Below are positions 23,876 to 24,000 of a stretch of 24,000 bases of DNA, piece by piece (positions within the stretch are counted from its first letter, which is position 1; each line of letters starts with the position of its first letter). Under the pieces are notes generated by a model. It was not told the origin of the DNA and searched no databases. It was given only the letters and a program-made list of their open reading frames with translations. This DNA comes from Bacillota bacterium (GTDB taxonomy: Bacteria; Bacillota; Desulfotomaculia; Desulfotomaculales; Nap2-2B). The position numbers and the translations under genes are program-made. The stretch spans positions 1,512-25,511 of the forward strand of contig JBFLZY010000040.1 in NCBI GenBank assembly GCA_040755975.1, in the 5' to 3' direction.

Positions 23876-24000
23876 TGATTGCCATCCTGGCCACCCTGGC
23901 CCTGCTGGCGACATTGCTGGTGCCGATGGCCACGCCGGCGGGAGCAGCGACGGGTTATTATGCTTTGACCGTGCCAAACGTTGATGATGATGGATACTAT
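23857..24000 (+). CDS. 5' end of a second surface-protein gene, a paralog of 19866-22055; it runs off the right window edge
   Basis: It reads MRKSRKLIAILATLALLATLLVPMATPAGAATGYYALTVPNVDDDGYY. From codon 7 on it is identical in DNA to the start of the left gene. Confidence 0.85.
   Translation, partial: MRKSRKLIAILATLALLATLLVPMATPAGAATGYYALTVPNVDDDGYY
23876..24000 (+). repeat. inverted repeat, right copy (IR-R)
   Basis: See IR-L. It is truncated by the window edge. Confidence 0.95.

Noticed and set aside
23693-23977. Minus-strand ORFs of 94 and 70 aa over the surface-gene leader and repeat.
   Set aside because: They lie antisense to the well-signalled start (AGGAGG, ATG, signal peptide) of the right-hand surface-protein gene, and they have no RBS.

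Overview
GC-rich bacterial chromosome, probably a thermophilic Clostridia or Peptococcaceae-type Firmicute; that taxonomy is inferred only from gene content and protein families. The window has three parts. (1) 1-11098: one long minus-strand operon. It runs polyprenyl-diphosphate synthase, sirC, hemA, hemC, cobA/hemD fusion, NirJ-type radical SAM, hemB, second NirJ-type radical SAM, ahbA-like, ahbB-like, hemL (runs off the left edge). That is glutamyl-tRNA to uroporphyrinogen III plus the siroheme-dependent alternative heme (Ahb) route. The operon carries two small repeat families at its gene junctions. (2) 11099-12560: a divergent MaoC-type dehydratase gene, an AT-rich islet bounded by a ~21-bp direct repeat, and a tRNA-Sec (selC) gene with a near-consensus promoter. 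(3) 12561-24000: an accessory, heavily decayed region. It holds collapsed RND efflux genes, five type II toxin-antitoxin modules (three visibly broken), an Rpn/DUF4351-type putative transposase plus a second fragment, a TolC-like gene, and a 729-codon S-layer-like surface protein gene. The main finding is at the right end. An 1821-bp segment carries a tyrosine recombinase gene plus the only good RBS, ATG and signal-peptide n-region. It is bracketed by perfect inverted repeats of at least 125 bp, cut off by the window edge. The repeats are the 5' coding sequence of two divergently oriented surface-protein genes. This architecture fits an inversion switch giving mutually exclusive expression of alternative surface-layer proteins. 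All calls rest on reading the sequence and ORF translations by eye; no database search was run.
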